This document shows positions 18,580-28,809 of a stretch of 64,000 nucleotides of DNA, in pieces. The notes beneath the pieces were generated by a model that was given only the letters and a program-made list of their open reading frames with translations, did not search any database and was not told the origin of the DNA. The position numbers and the translations under genes were made by a program. Every line of letters begins with the position of its first letter. The first letter of the stretch is position 1. Source of the stretch: Andalucia godoyi And28 (lineage: Eukaryota; Protista; Jakobida); contig VRVR01000021.1 of assembly GCA_009859145.1 (NCBI GenBank), forward strand, positions 9,507 through 73,506, given 5' to 3'.

Positions 18580-21552
18580 TTAAACACTCTCTGGTTCGTC
18601 AGGACGAACAGAAGTTGTGCAGGATAGACGACTCAGGGATAGAACTCTCATTTCATCCAACACGGAATACAAAGTTGATTTCCGCCTGCGACTGTTTCTC
18701 CTGGCAAGGACCTCCCCCGACTCAGCAACACTCGGTGACCGTAATTCTGCCACGAAATCTTTAAGAGACAACATCGGAGAGCTGATCGACAGCTTGGATC
18801 GAGATTGAAATCCGGAACGCGGTGGGAATTCCGCATCGAGCCCCTGTAAACGAATTTGAACATACGGCAAATGATACAGCGAATCGACGACCTGCAAGGA
18901 TACGAGGACAGCGGAAAACAAGCGATACGTAGACCCGTTCCAGCGTAGAGACATGGATGTACTGTCAAAGTTCGTTGCATCGTCTAAAACAATGTCGCCC
19001 TTCAGACGGAACTCGGGAACCAACACAGACAGCTTGCTCACGGATACTGCAAAAACCGTCGCGGGAAATACCTTGTCAGCAGGCACGCGCCTGGCAAGGT
19101 AACGAGCTCTGAACCACTCCGTTGCGTATGATTGAATATGCTTGACTCGACGATGCCGATCATTGATGTAGGATGCAAGCTCTGAATAGAATCTGCGGTT
19201 GGCAACTGTGCTTGTGTCATGTACGGACGCCGCTGGAATTAGCAGAAGGCGATGAGCAACGATATCTGCATACCGACGAATAGGCGAAGTAAAATGGGTG
19301 TACAGAGGTACTCCAAGCCCGTAATGCGGCCACTCAAGCTTCGCAGTAGTCCCGGAACATATGTACTGCGCTTCGGACATGCACCGAGTGGCGAGTGCCC
19401 GCAGCAACCCGTGAGGATCGGAGTGCGCCTCGAGACTGGCAGAAAGTTCTTGCCCCGAAGAAACGTCAAAATGATCAGCGTGCAGTCCAACAATCGCAAT
19501 TCTCTGGAGCTCTAGCAGATCCTCGGCATCGGGCGGATTGTGATGTCGGAGGAACGCAAGATCTGCGTTCCGTGACACAAGCTGCTGGGCAACGTAGCAG
19601 TTGGTCTGAATCATCCATTCGGCGACAACATGATGCATCAAATCCGCGTCATCCTCGAGACGGCCCTCCGCACTTTCCAATACAAATTCAGCAGTATCGA
19701 TTTTCTTAAAGCTGACTTCCTCCAAAGAATTCAATTCAAGTGCGCCGTTGTCCATTCGTGCCTGCCGGAACCGAGACGCATACACAGTGAGGTCACGAAT
19801 CGCAGCTTTCATGGCGGGGACGTGGTCCGGATTCAGATATCTGTATTTTTCCACGCTTTGTATTTGCTTTTCGGGCTGAAACTTGGTCCAAAATACGGAC
19901 AGATCTTCACTCTCAAACATCCGCTGTGCTTGCTCATACGACAGCGCGTAGCGAGACCGGATGATGGTTCTTCCGTGCCATGATTCCAGAATCCTGCCAG
20001 TGGAACCGTCGAGAACCCACAGCACACTGACAGCTAAGCGGTCCGTATTCTCCAACAAGGAGCATGCGTTCGACGATAAAATCTCGGGAAGCATGTGCAT
20101 GCGCCGATCAATCATGTAGATGGTCATCGCTCGTTGACGAGCCTCATTGTCCAGCGCAGAACCCTCGGATAAGATTGCAGAAACATCGGCGATGTGTACA
20201 CCTATTTCTACATTGCCGTTCTCCAGTCTTGTCACAGACATTGCGTCATCAATATCTGTGCAGGACACCGGATCGACGGAAAAGACAAAGTGGGACTTTC
20301 TGAGATCTCTTCTCGATTCCACAATACTCTCTGGAAACTGAAAGTCAAAAGGTTTGCCGCTTTTCGCGCCATCTTGAATGAACTTTGGAATACATGACAA
20401 CGCCACGTCGGAGAAATCCTGCAATCTCACCTCGTGCTCAACCAATACCGCTTCCGATTCGGCATTCAAGTCATTAATCGCGCCCAACACCTTGACCACA
20501 ATGCCTCGTGGAAACTTGGCGCCCGCATCCCATTCTACAATTCGAGCAACGAGCCTTTGTCCGCGTAGCGTTATGCGAGTTTGAGGTGCCACGGTAAGTT
20601 CAATCGACGGAAAGCGACGATCTAAAGGAATGCACACAGAAGAATCCGTTTGTTGCGATAACGTCACCACCAAAGGCCTCCAAGATCGCTGTACAATTCC
20701 TTTAACGTCGCCAGATTCTTTGTCCAGAAACACCACGTCGCCGCACACGGCACGATTCGGATTGCGCACTGCGTGGCCACTTACCCACGATTTTCTGCCA
20801 GATAAAGACACTTCCAGAGTCCCACGAGCAAATTGACCTTCAGCTACTCTCGTTTCGCAATACTCGGTACTGTAGTAGTCGGACGACTGCTCTTGACCGG
20901 ACTGCAGAGCAAAGGCATCCTCGCTGCTCTCGAAGACAGAATCAGCGGATTCTCGCATCAGTGACAGTCTACAAATCACATCGTCTTCAAAAAACCCATA
21001 GACGTACAAAAGGAAGTGATCAATGTCTGCAGCATCGTTCAAACCATGAACCGAAACGTCGGGCAAGTGTCGCTTGTAGAACGCGACCAGCGACACAAAC
21101 CTCTTGATTTCGTCGTCCTCTTCCACAAACGTGTCTGCGCAGAAATCATTGGGAAAGACAATTCCAAACGAGACAGATTCGGTGTCCTTGAGGTACGGAG
21201 GCAGCAGCAGGTCTCGAATCTTCTGTGCAGCACGAGATCCCGAGACCTTGCGAATTCTCGTCAGCAAGGAGCTAGGAACGACAAGCGAGAGCGAATTTCG
21301 TACAAACCCGTCCGACTGATTCAGTCTCAAGCTGTCACAAATGAGCGCAATCCCGTCAACAAAGGCACGGATCGCCTTCGGGCCAACAATCCAAACATGA
21401 CTGGACCCGAGCACTGGAAGCGCATACAAATGACGACACGATTTGCAGGAAACATGCTGACAATCAATGTCCGTTCTAAGATGTCTCTCTTTTGATACAA
21501 TTGTCACGCGACCTTTCCGATTACGAATGGCATACGATGCACTGGTGGACAT
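18580..21552 (-). CDS. DIS3L: DIS3/Rrp44-family RNase II exoribonuclease, most like DIS3L (DIS3L1)
   Basis: N-terminal CR3 motif ERHLRTDIDCQHVSCKSC; intact RNB catalytic motif VDPVSCTDIDDA; YTHFTSPIRRYAD; HHVVAEWMIQTN resembles DIS3L1; PIN region degenerate. Confidence 0.8.
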   Translation of the reverse strand: MSTSASYAIRNRKGRVTIVSKERHLRTDIDCQHVSCKSCRHLYALPVLGSSHVWIVGPKAIRAFVDGIALICDSLRLNQSDGFVRNSLSLVVPSSLLTRIRKVSGSRAAQKIRDLLLPPYLKDTESVSFGIVFPNDFCADTFVEEDDEIKRFVSLVAFYKRHLPDVSVHGLNDAADIDHFLLYVYGFFEDDVICRLSLMRESADSVFESSEDAFALQSGQEQSSDYYSTEYCETRVAEGQFARGTLEVSLSGRKSWVSGHAVRNPNRAVCGDVVFLDKESGDVKGIVQRSWRPLVVTLSQQTDSSVCIPLDRRFPSIELTVAPQTRITLRGQRLVARIVEWDAGAKFPRGIVVKVLGAINDLNAESEAVLVEHEVRLQDFSDVALSCIPKFIQDGAKSGKPFDFQFPESIVESRRDLRKSHFVFSVDPVSCTDIDDAMSVTRLENGNVEIGVHIADVSAILSEGSALDNEARQRAMTIYMIDRRMHMLPEILSSNACSLLENTDRLAVSVLWVLDGSTGRILESWHGRTIIRSRYALSYEQAQRMFESEDLSVFWTKFQPEKQIQSVEKYRYLNPDHVPAMKAAIRDLTVYASRFRQARMDNGALELNSLEEVSFKKIDTAEFVLESAEGRLEDDADLMHHVVAEWMIQTNCYVAQQLVSRNADLAFLRHHNPPDAEDLLELQRIAIVGLHADHFDVSSGQELSASLEAHSDPHGLLRALATRCMSEAQYICSGTTAKLEWPHYGLGVPLYTHFTSPIRRYADIVAHRLLLIPAASVHDTSTVANRRFYSELASYINDRHRRVKHIQSYATEWFRARYLARRVPADKVFPATVFAVSVSKLSVLVPEFRLKGDIVLDDATNFDSTSMSLRWNGSTYRLFSAVLVSLQVVDSLYHLPYVQIRLQGLDAEFPPRSGFQSRSKLSISSPMLSLKDFVAELRSPSVAESGEVLARRNSRRRKSTLYSVLDEMRVLSLSRLSCTTSVRPDEPESV

Positions 21553-21939
21553 CCTGGAGATTCCAATGCGCCTGTTTTGCTCTAACAACAAATCGGAAAG
21601 CAAAAACGCAGTTCCGCAGCCTTCTTTGGACTTTCTACTGAAAGCAACATTGAGTCCAAGTCCCCTCCCAGCTTTCCCGGCAGTCCACTACAGCAGCAAG
21701 TCCGAACCAAGGGCGACTTCTTATGAAACCGTCTTTCCGCTCGCAATCGCGACACGGATGTTCTTCCGCATGCATTTTAACATGGATGTAGGGGAGGGTG
21801 GCGATGAAAAATTGCAAGGCGGAGATGATACTGAGGTTTATTCGGATTAAACGTGCAGCAGGCACAGCGGTGCGTTGAGCGATCAGCTCAAGAGGGGGAG
21901 GGGGGAAAACTGAAACGAAACGTTCTGTGAAAATGGAGC

Positions 21940-23952
21940 CTATTCTTTCACATATTCCAAAACCAGAACGCTAGCAACCGATTCGCTCATCTTTGACGGG
22001 ATATTAGAAAGTAGCATTACTGAGGAGCTGACGAGCCCCGAACATTGTCGAACGACGGGCATGTCGACAGCTTTGGAGAGACGAGCAAGTATCTCTCGGA
22101 CCTTTTCTCGGAGTGTTCCGTTCAGGAGTCTATACAGTGATATGCTCACCAGGACGCACAACTCGGAAAACAGGCCAAGAAAGCAGTGGTTACGAGATGC
22201 CGGGCCTGTCTGCTGCACCAAAAACGAAAAGGAGTCCAGGATTTTCACAAGACGATGACACACGTCATCGGAAAGGTCGTCGAAATCAGCCAGCTTGCGG
22301 ATCAAACTGGACGCAAACAAAAGGCGTGGAACAGAGTCCGAACCTCCAAGGCTCCCTAAGAAATCAAGGATAAAGTTCAAAGAGTCCTTGAAAACTTGCT
22401 TTTCGCTTCTTTCCGCAACGTACCCGCCACAGACGCTCAAGCAGTCAAGAAGATGGTTCCCCAGCAATGGACTTTTGAAGGGCTTGGAGGCTATATCAAC
22501 GATCATGTTGAAGGACTTACTCAACTGAGTAGACGGACTCTGCATACAAAACCACTCGACAAACGACAGTGAAACTTGGAACAAATGCTCCGGAATATCA
22601 ACATCCACGGCACTCGATGGAAAAACCACGCCCGAAACAGACCAATCCACCCACGCAGACGAAGTTTCAAAAATTCCAAACGGGATCATCATTGCACCCT
22701 GCACAACTCTCGCCACAAACGTGGAGTCAAACGATCCCGCAACCAAACCCCTTTCGATAAAACGTAAAATGCTTGGGTATACAAGAAAGGGAAACGCTCT
22801 GCACACTTGGAAGATGTTCACCCACACTACCAACGAGGAAGACAGTGTTTGAAAGCAGGAATCATCCAAGCGAGTTAGAAGCGTAACGAAAGAATGGGCA
22901 AAAATGTAATGTCGATTTAGAGGACAAGGCCAAAGACACCAATCGCTCGAATCGGAGCTCAAAATCAGCGAGCGAAACTCTTCTCCGGCAGCAGCCGCGA
23001 ACTCATTGCACGCCATGGAAATCAGCGGCCACGTCTCGAGGGATTCGCAGGACTTAAGCCTGCTTCTGAAAGCGACAATAAAAGAGGTGATTTCTTCAAT
23101 TGAATCTCCTTCTCGGAGTTTCTGGGATACGCAGGCTGACAGAAATTTGATACTGTCGAGAGCGATGGATTCGAGAACAATGGGCGTGAATGTGAACTTG
23201 GAAGCTTCTTTCTCGAAGCACGTCGCAACCTGACTCAGCGTCCGCAAGCTTTGTTCAATCACTGCAGTTTTCACGGCATCATCTTGATTCTCAAAGTAGC
23301 GTCTGCAGATAAAAAATGAGCGGTTCGTTCTATCTACCTTGTCCGCCACCGCAGCCGATAGCACATCCGCCGGAGTGTGCAAAATCGTCAAGTAGTCGCT
23401 GCTAGACGACACGCACTTTCTTCCAACGACGTCAAACCAGTCTATTGTCTTGGCGGTCGACGACAGGCCAGACAGAAATCCTTTTGATGACTGCGACTTT
23501 GCTGCAAACTCGTTTACATCGCGCATTGTTAGCAAAATATCCGAGATGCCGAACTTCCGTGGCGTATTCCCTTTGCCGAGTGGAATATCTGAAGAGTTCT
23601 GATTGGATGCGATCGTCAGTCCGCGATAGAGCAATCCGCAGAGCAATCCTGCACGCGATGCATCATTGAGCCACTCAGCGCAGCAGCTGATCAACAGCGA
23701 TCTCCACGTTGGATGATACACTTCTGTTCGCAGCGACACATCCCCATCAAACACTCCGGGTGAAATTCTGTGAATGGCAAGAAGATCCTTCAACGCGCCC
23801 AGAAAATCACGACTTGCCGATTTCGATCTGGGCTGCTCCGCAACGACCCGCGACGACGCCTCGACGCTCTTCACCAACTCCGACGACGGAATAAACTCCA
23901 GGGACTCCCACGGCTTCTGCAACTGATAAGAAAGTACCTTGCCTTGTGACAT
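21940..23952 (-). CDS. Hypothetical protein, probably helical/ARM-like
   Basis: 670-aa uninterrupted ORF from MSQGKV with coding-like composition; no motif recognised. Confidence 0.7.
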   Translation of the reverse strand: MSQGKVLSYQLQKPWESLEFIPSSELVKSVEASSRVVAEQPRSKSASRDFLGALKDLLAIHRISPGVFDGDVSLRTEVYHPTWRSLLISCCAEWLNDASRAGLLCGLLYRGLTIASNQNSSDIPLGKGNTPRKFGISDILLTMRDVNEFAAKSQSSKGFLSGLSSTAKTIDWFDVVGRKCVSSSSDYLTILHTPADVLSAAVADKVDRTNRSFFICRRYFENQDDAVKTAVIEQSLRTLSQVATCFEKEASKFTFTPIVLESIALDSIKFLSACVSQKLREGDSIEEITSFIVAFRSRLKSCESLETWPLISMACNEFAAAAGEEFRSLILSSDSSDWCLWPCPLNRHYIFAHSFVTLLTRLDDSCFQTLSSSLVVWVNIFQVCRAFPFLVYPSILRFIERGLVAGSFDSTFVARVVQGAMMIPFGIFETSSAWVDWSVSGVVFPSSAVDVDIPEHLFQVSLSFVEWFCMQSPSTQLSKSFNMIVDIASKPFKSPLLGNHLLDCLSVCGGYVAERSEKQVFKDSLNFILDFLGSLGGSDSVPRLLFASSLIRKLADFDDLSDDVCHRLVKILDSFSFLVQQTGPASRNHCFLGLFSELCVLVSISLYRLLNGTLREKVREILARLSKAVDMPVVRQCSGLVSSSVMLLSNIPSKMSESVASVLVLEYVKE

Positions 23953-24146
23953 GCTTGCTCGACAACTGGCTTTGTGTGCAGTCCTATCATTCACAGGCTG
24001 GCAGTGGAAAAAAAGAAGCCAAAAAAGAAAGGGAAAAGGCAATGTTAAATTTAAAATGTAAATATTTATTAAAAAAACAGTCTACATGAACGGAGGGGCA
24101 GAACCTGCATGTGTCCAATGCTTTGGGCCGGAGGAGATGAGGACAC

Positions 24147-24401
24147 ACCGCTGCCACTAATTGCGATATGATGAAGCAATCTAAAGCGCACGTAAAAACA
24201 AAAAAACACTGCCACACGCCATGCGCATGCGTTTGCTATCTAAGCACCTCCGTCACACGATGCCCGATTCGTTTCGCCCCATTTTGATCATGAAATCCCT
24301 ATAAACACGCCGCCGCGTTGCATTATGCATGTTGTTGGGTTGCAGCATTGATTATGGGTGATCAGCGATGATTATACGTGGTTAGTGCACAATGTAGGCG
24401 T
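24147..24401 (+). repeat. Dispersed intergenic repeat family 2, copy A (255 bp)
   Basis: Reverse complement of 51188-51442 with 4 mismatches. Confidence 0.97.
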
Positions 24402-24543
24402 CACACGACTCATGAATCGGCTCTGCGGGGAGCTGAGGAAACCTGGAAGAGGACGAATATTTTTTTTATTGAACATGACGCAAACAAACTCCAAACGCGG
24501 GACGTATAATAGAATAAACAAAAACGAAGACAAGTACAAGAAC

Positions 24544-26701
24544 TCAAATACCGGTTCCGAAAACACCAGCTCCAGGACGAGTTGGCCTAATTGACGAGGG
24601 AACTTGATATGCGCCAGGGCCGGGAGTGTCGGACGATGGGATGATACCGCCTTCTTTGGGCTTGCCAGTAATACTGAATGCAGGGGTTCCATGCTTCTTG
24701 TACTCTCCAGAATACGCACCAGGCCCCGGAGTGTCCTTGGAGCCCACGTTCATGGGATCGCCAAACTTCATCCTCCCCGAAATACTGAAGGCAGGGGAAG
24801 ATGAGCGAGGACGAGCATCGTATGCACCAGGACCTGGAGAGTCTGACTTGTCCCCAAGTGCACCCCCCGTCTTTGGCTTTCCAGAAATCGAATACGACGG
24901 AGGCGAGTTCTTCCGGAATGCAGCAGCGTCGTAGGCACCAGGTCCAGGAGTGTCCTTCGATCCAACATTCAGCGGCGATCCGAAATTCGTGCGCCCAGAA
25001 ATAGAAGCAGCAATATTGGATCTCGGCCGATCCGCATTGTACGAACCCGGACCCGGCGTGTCATTTCCTCCAAAAATCCCTCCCTTGTCCGTCCGACCTG
25101 CAATCGAGTACGCAGGAGGAGACTTCCGGGAATCCTTCGGCTGGTAGGCGCCAGGCCCCGGGGAGTTTTCAGATGCAGTCCCCAACGGATCTCCAAACTT
25201 GTTTCTTCCAGAAATCGAATACGCCGGAGATGAGCCAGGGCGTCCAGGCGAGTACGCACCCGGGCCCGGAACATCCTTCACAGTCGATAGCGCCCCACCA
25301 GATTTCGGTTTCCCGGTGATGGTGAACGCTTTTCCAGTCTCCTTTCGTTGCGGAGAATAAGCCAGAGGACCTGGCGAATCACCAAGCGCCGTCAAAGGAT
25401 CACCGAACTTCATCCTCCCCGAAATACTGAATGAAGGAGATGCAGATCTGGGCTGAGCATTGTATGAACCAGGACCCGGAACATCCTTAGCAGGAGAGTC
25501 CAATGCTGATCCTTTGGGCTTTCCAGAAATCGAATACGACGGAGGCGAGTTCTTCCGGAATGCAGCAGCGTCGTAGGCACCAGGTCCAGGAGTGTCCTTC
25601 GATCCAACATTCAGCGGCGATCCGAAATTCGTGCGCCCAGAAATAGAAGCAGCAATATTGGATCTCGGCCGATCCGCATTGTACGAACCCGGACCCGGCG
25701 TGTCATTTCCTCCAAAAATCCCTCCCTTGTCCGTCCGACCTGCAATCGAGTACGCAGGAGGAGACTTCCGGGAATCCTTCGGCTGGTAGGCGCCAGGCCC
25801 CGGGGAGTTTTCAGATGCAGTCCCCAACGGATCTCCAAACTTGTTTCTTCCAGAAATCGAATACGCCGGAGATGAGCCAGGGCGTCCAGGCGAGTACGCA
25901 CCCGGGCCCGGAACATCCTTCACAGTCGATAGCGCCCCACCAGATTTCGGTTTTCCAAGAATGGTGTATGATTTCGAGACATTTGTTTTCTGTGGTGAGT
26001 ATGCCAACGGTCCTGGAGAGTCCCCAAGCGCTGTCAACGGATCACCGAATTTGTTCCGTCCAGAAATAGAAGATGCCGGCGAATCCTTTCCCAATCCACG
26101 AGAGTAATTGTAGGAGCCCTGAAAAAAACAGAAAAAAGAAGAAAACAGACGCAAGTTTGAAGAACATGTGAGTATAGACTATATAAAACGCTAAAATGCT
26201 GGAATGCTGCCAGAATGAACAATAATAACAACAACACCAGTAAAAATGAATAAAACAACAAGGAGGGATATTGGTAGAACATACGGGTCCAGGAACATCC
26301 TTTGACGGTGAATCAAGAGCAGAACCCTTTGACTTTCCAGAAATCGTGTATGACGGTGGCGACGCCTTTCGGAACTGAGACACATCGTAAGATCCTGGTC
26401 CAGGAACCGATGCACTCCCGGTATCCAAAGGAGACCCAAACTTGTTTCTCCCGGACATCGAAAACGACGGTGATTTTGAACGGTTATCCGGATTATACGC
26501 ACCTGGACCAGGGTTCTCCTTTGACGCAGTTTCCAACGAGGATTTCCCGCGCGATCCAAAAGAGTACTTTGGAGCAGCCGTCTTTGTCCGCGAGAAATCT
26601 GGCGAATACGACGGTCCCGGAGACTCCACCTTGCCTTCCATCGGTAACGGTCTTCCCACATGTTTGCGTTCCTTGACAGGAGATACCGGAGATGCAGTCA
26701 T
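24544..26701 (-). CDS. ODF3/STPG-like SHIPPO-repeat ciliary microtubule protein; join(26701..26285,26118..24544)
   Basis: More than 20 PGPG(A/S/L)Y repeats with FSISG spacers; removing the intron joins the two ORFs in frame as ...DVPGP|GSYN. Confidence 0.88.
24875..25953 (-). repeat. Internal duplication in the SHIPPO gene, period 642 bp (214 aa)
   Basis: 24875-25311 is essentially identical to 25517-25953; shadow ORFs 24950..25147 and 25592..25789 are identical. Confidence 0.95.
26119..26284 (-). other. Spliceosomal intron (166 nt)
   Basis: GTATGT donor, TACTCAC branch-like motif, pyrimidine tract and CAG acceptor; restores the PGPGSY repeat. Confidence 0.92.
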
Positions 26702-27352
26702 CTACAAATCAATCAACGAAAACCAAACCAATCAGCCAACCAACCCGCACACAAGCAAACAAATAACGGACACAAGTTCAAAACTAAACAAGAAACACAA
26801 AAAAAGAAGAAGAAGAATAACAAGAATAGCACAAAGAATTGTAAAAGAAATGTATGAATAAAAAATACATATACATACTTTAAAATAATAAAATTTAAAA
26901 GAAAGACGAAAGGATGCGCTACTTTGGAGATCGGCAGATCGCGTCAGAGTGAGCAGGCACGGTTGTTCTCTCTCTCTCTCTCTCTCCCTCTCTCTCTTTC
27001 TCTCAGCACAGAAAAAAGATGGGTATGAAAACGGGAGAGTTCCCCGACTTTCCCAGAGCTGCGGTTGGAATGCTTTTGGCATCAAGCACCAACTCAATTG
27101 GGAGTTTGACAAGGACGCAGTTGACAGTACGACAGGCAACGCGCCACATGAAATCACAACAGATTACTCGCACTCGGTGCGGGATCACGCCGAACGACTC
27201 GAAAGCCCGAAACCAGTCACAAGGATAATACAACGACGAAAAGAATAGCAGCATTATGAACATCAAGAAGAAAAAAAGAAGTATTTATTATCTAAAGGTT
27301 TTATAAAATAAATAATAGCAAAAGACAAAAAGAAAAAAAGGTAAAAATATTA

Positions 27353-28312
27353 TTATTGGGGGAAAAAGTAAATTTGCTCATCGTCGTCAATGGGTGGCTT
27401 TCCAGTAAAGGTCGCTCGATAATTGTAAATGAGTGCATCTTGTTCGGCTTCAAAGCTTGGGAATGTGTGAGAGGATTTTCTTGCTTCTGAGACCAGGTAC
27501 TGGGCAATGGCTTGCATAATCCTGACGTCTTTTGCGGAATGGTCGATCTGTTCATCAGATGCCCATTCGTAGACAGATCTTTCCGGATGCCACTGCAGGC
27601 CCGTGAAAGGATACTGGTACGACTCCCAGCCCGAGACAAATGTCCTCCCCAATCGATCCGTCGACGTTGATATCCACTGGAAGAAAAACTTCAGCGGATA
27701 CTTTTCATTCATGTACGCGTCCTGAAACGAGATTCCGTAATGATGGTAGTTGTCAGTGGCATTCGCGGACGCCAAATAGGCAAGCTCGCCCGATGTCAGC
27801 AATGAGAAAAGACGAGCGTTGTATGATGGATTGAGCTGCAGGGACAGCGAGATGTTTTCTGCATCGAAGGACGACAGGATCGACACATCTCCGCCGCTCA
27901 GAATGACACCTTCGAGTTCAAATCCGAGGCACGTTCCATGAATTGGAAAGTAGTCGCCATTATCATTTGCATCCTTTGCCCAGTTCCACAACTTTGTCGT
28001 TGTCTGGGCATACAAGGTGTGGTTGATGATATCGGCGCCGCCGGGAAACACCAGCCCATTGATGGCCTTGAACAGATACTGGAGCTCCGAATCCGAAGCA
28101 TCAAATGGAACTGGAACGACGCGGGCGCCCGCTGCCTCCAGCCACTTCACGTAGTCCGCATTCACAAAGGACGACCCGTAAGGTGTCCATGAATCCGGGC
28201 TGGGCTCCGTCATGATCCCAAAGATCGGGCGAGGATTGTTCACGGCTTGAGACAGCGACACCGGAATCACCAGAAACATGCACAGTACGTGCACGAGAAC
28301 CAAAATGCCCAT
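27353..28312 (-). CDS. GGH: Gamma-glutamyl hydrolase (peptidase C26)
   Basis: Signal peptide; RPIFGI, YVKWLEAAGARVVP, NGLVFPGG, HGTCLGFE (catalytic Cys), QWHPE (His/Glu). Confidence 0.93.
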   Translation of the reverse strand: MGILVLVHVLCMFLVIPVSLSQAVNNPRPIFGIMTEPSPDSWTPYGSSFVNADYVKWLEAAGARVVPVPFDASDSELQYLFKAINGLVFPGGADIINHTLYAQTTTKLWNWAKDANDNGDYFPIHGTCLGFELEGVILSGGDVSILSSFDAENISLSLQLNPSYNARLFSLLTSGELAYLASANATDNYHHYGISFQDAYMNEKYPLKFFFQWISTSTDRLGRTFVSGWESYQYPFTGLQWHPERSVYEWASDEQIDHSAKDVRIMQAIAQYLVSEARKSSHTFPSFEAEQDALIYNYRATFTGKPPIDDDEQIYFFPQ

Positions 28313-28329
28313 GGTTGCCTTTTTTTTTC

Positions 28330-28366
<37 letters not shown>

Positions 28367-28809
28367 ACTCCCTCTGTGGAAACGAGGTTGATCCTCCTAC
28401 CGCCTGGCAATCAGTAAACACTACACAGAACTGACGAGTCGAGGAAAAAATTCGTTGTTGCTGCTCGGGTCTCGCCAATCTCCGGAGCTTTTTAATCCTT
28501 CAATTTGTGCTGGGTGCATGACACATCACGCAGCCTAGTGCATTCATCAAATGCGCAAGTGTGCTGCGATTACAGTAAGCGTGGTGGACCTGCGGGCTTT
28601 GGGAATCGGAATAGAGGGCGTGCTTTTCTCTGTGTGTGTGTGTGTGTGTGTGTGTGCGTTCGTTTCCCTCTTCTTTTCTTGTTCTTTTTCTTTTTGGGGG
28701 GTCGTGGCCGTTGGCGTGTTCGTCGTCACATACAAAGATCCGACTCTGCTTGAAGAATGGTCGACGAGGTCACTCTCAAGCCTAGGACGATTATTATTTT
28801 TTTTTGCAG

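Noticed and set aside
24147-24401. Family 2 as a C/D snoRNA (ATGATGA) or tRNA-derived SINE (GATTCG...CCCCATTTT)
   Set aside because: No CTGA D box on the same strand and no cloverleaf or acceptor stem can be formed
24544-26600. Regularly spaced repeats as a CRISPR-like array
   Set aside because: They are in-frame coding PGPGAY repeats with degenerate third positions, and no cas genes are present
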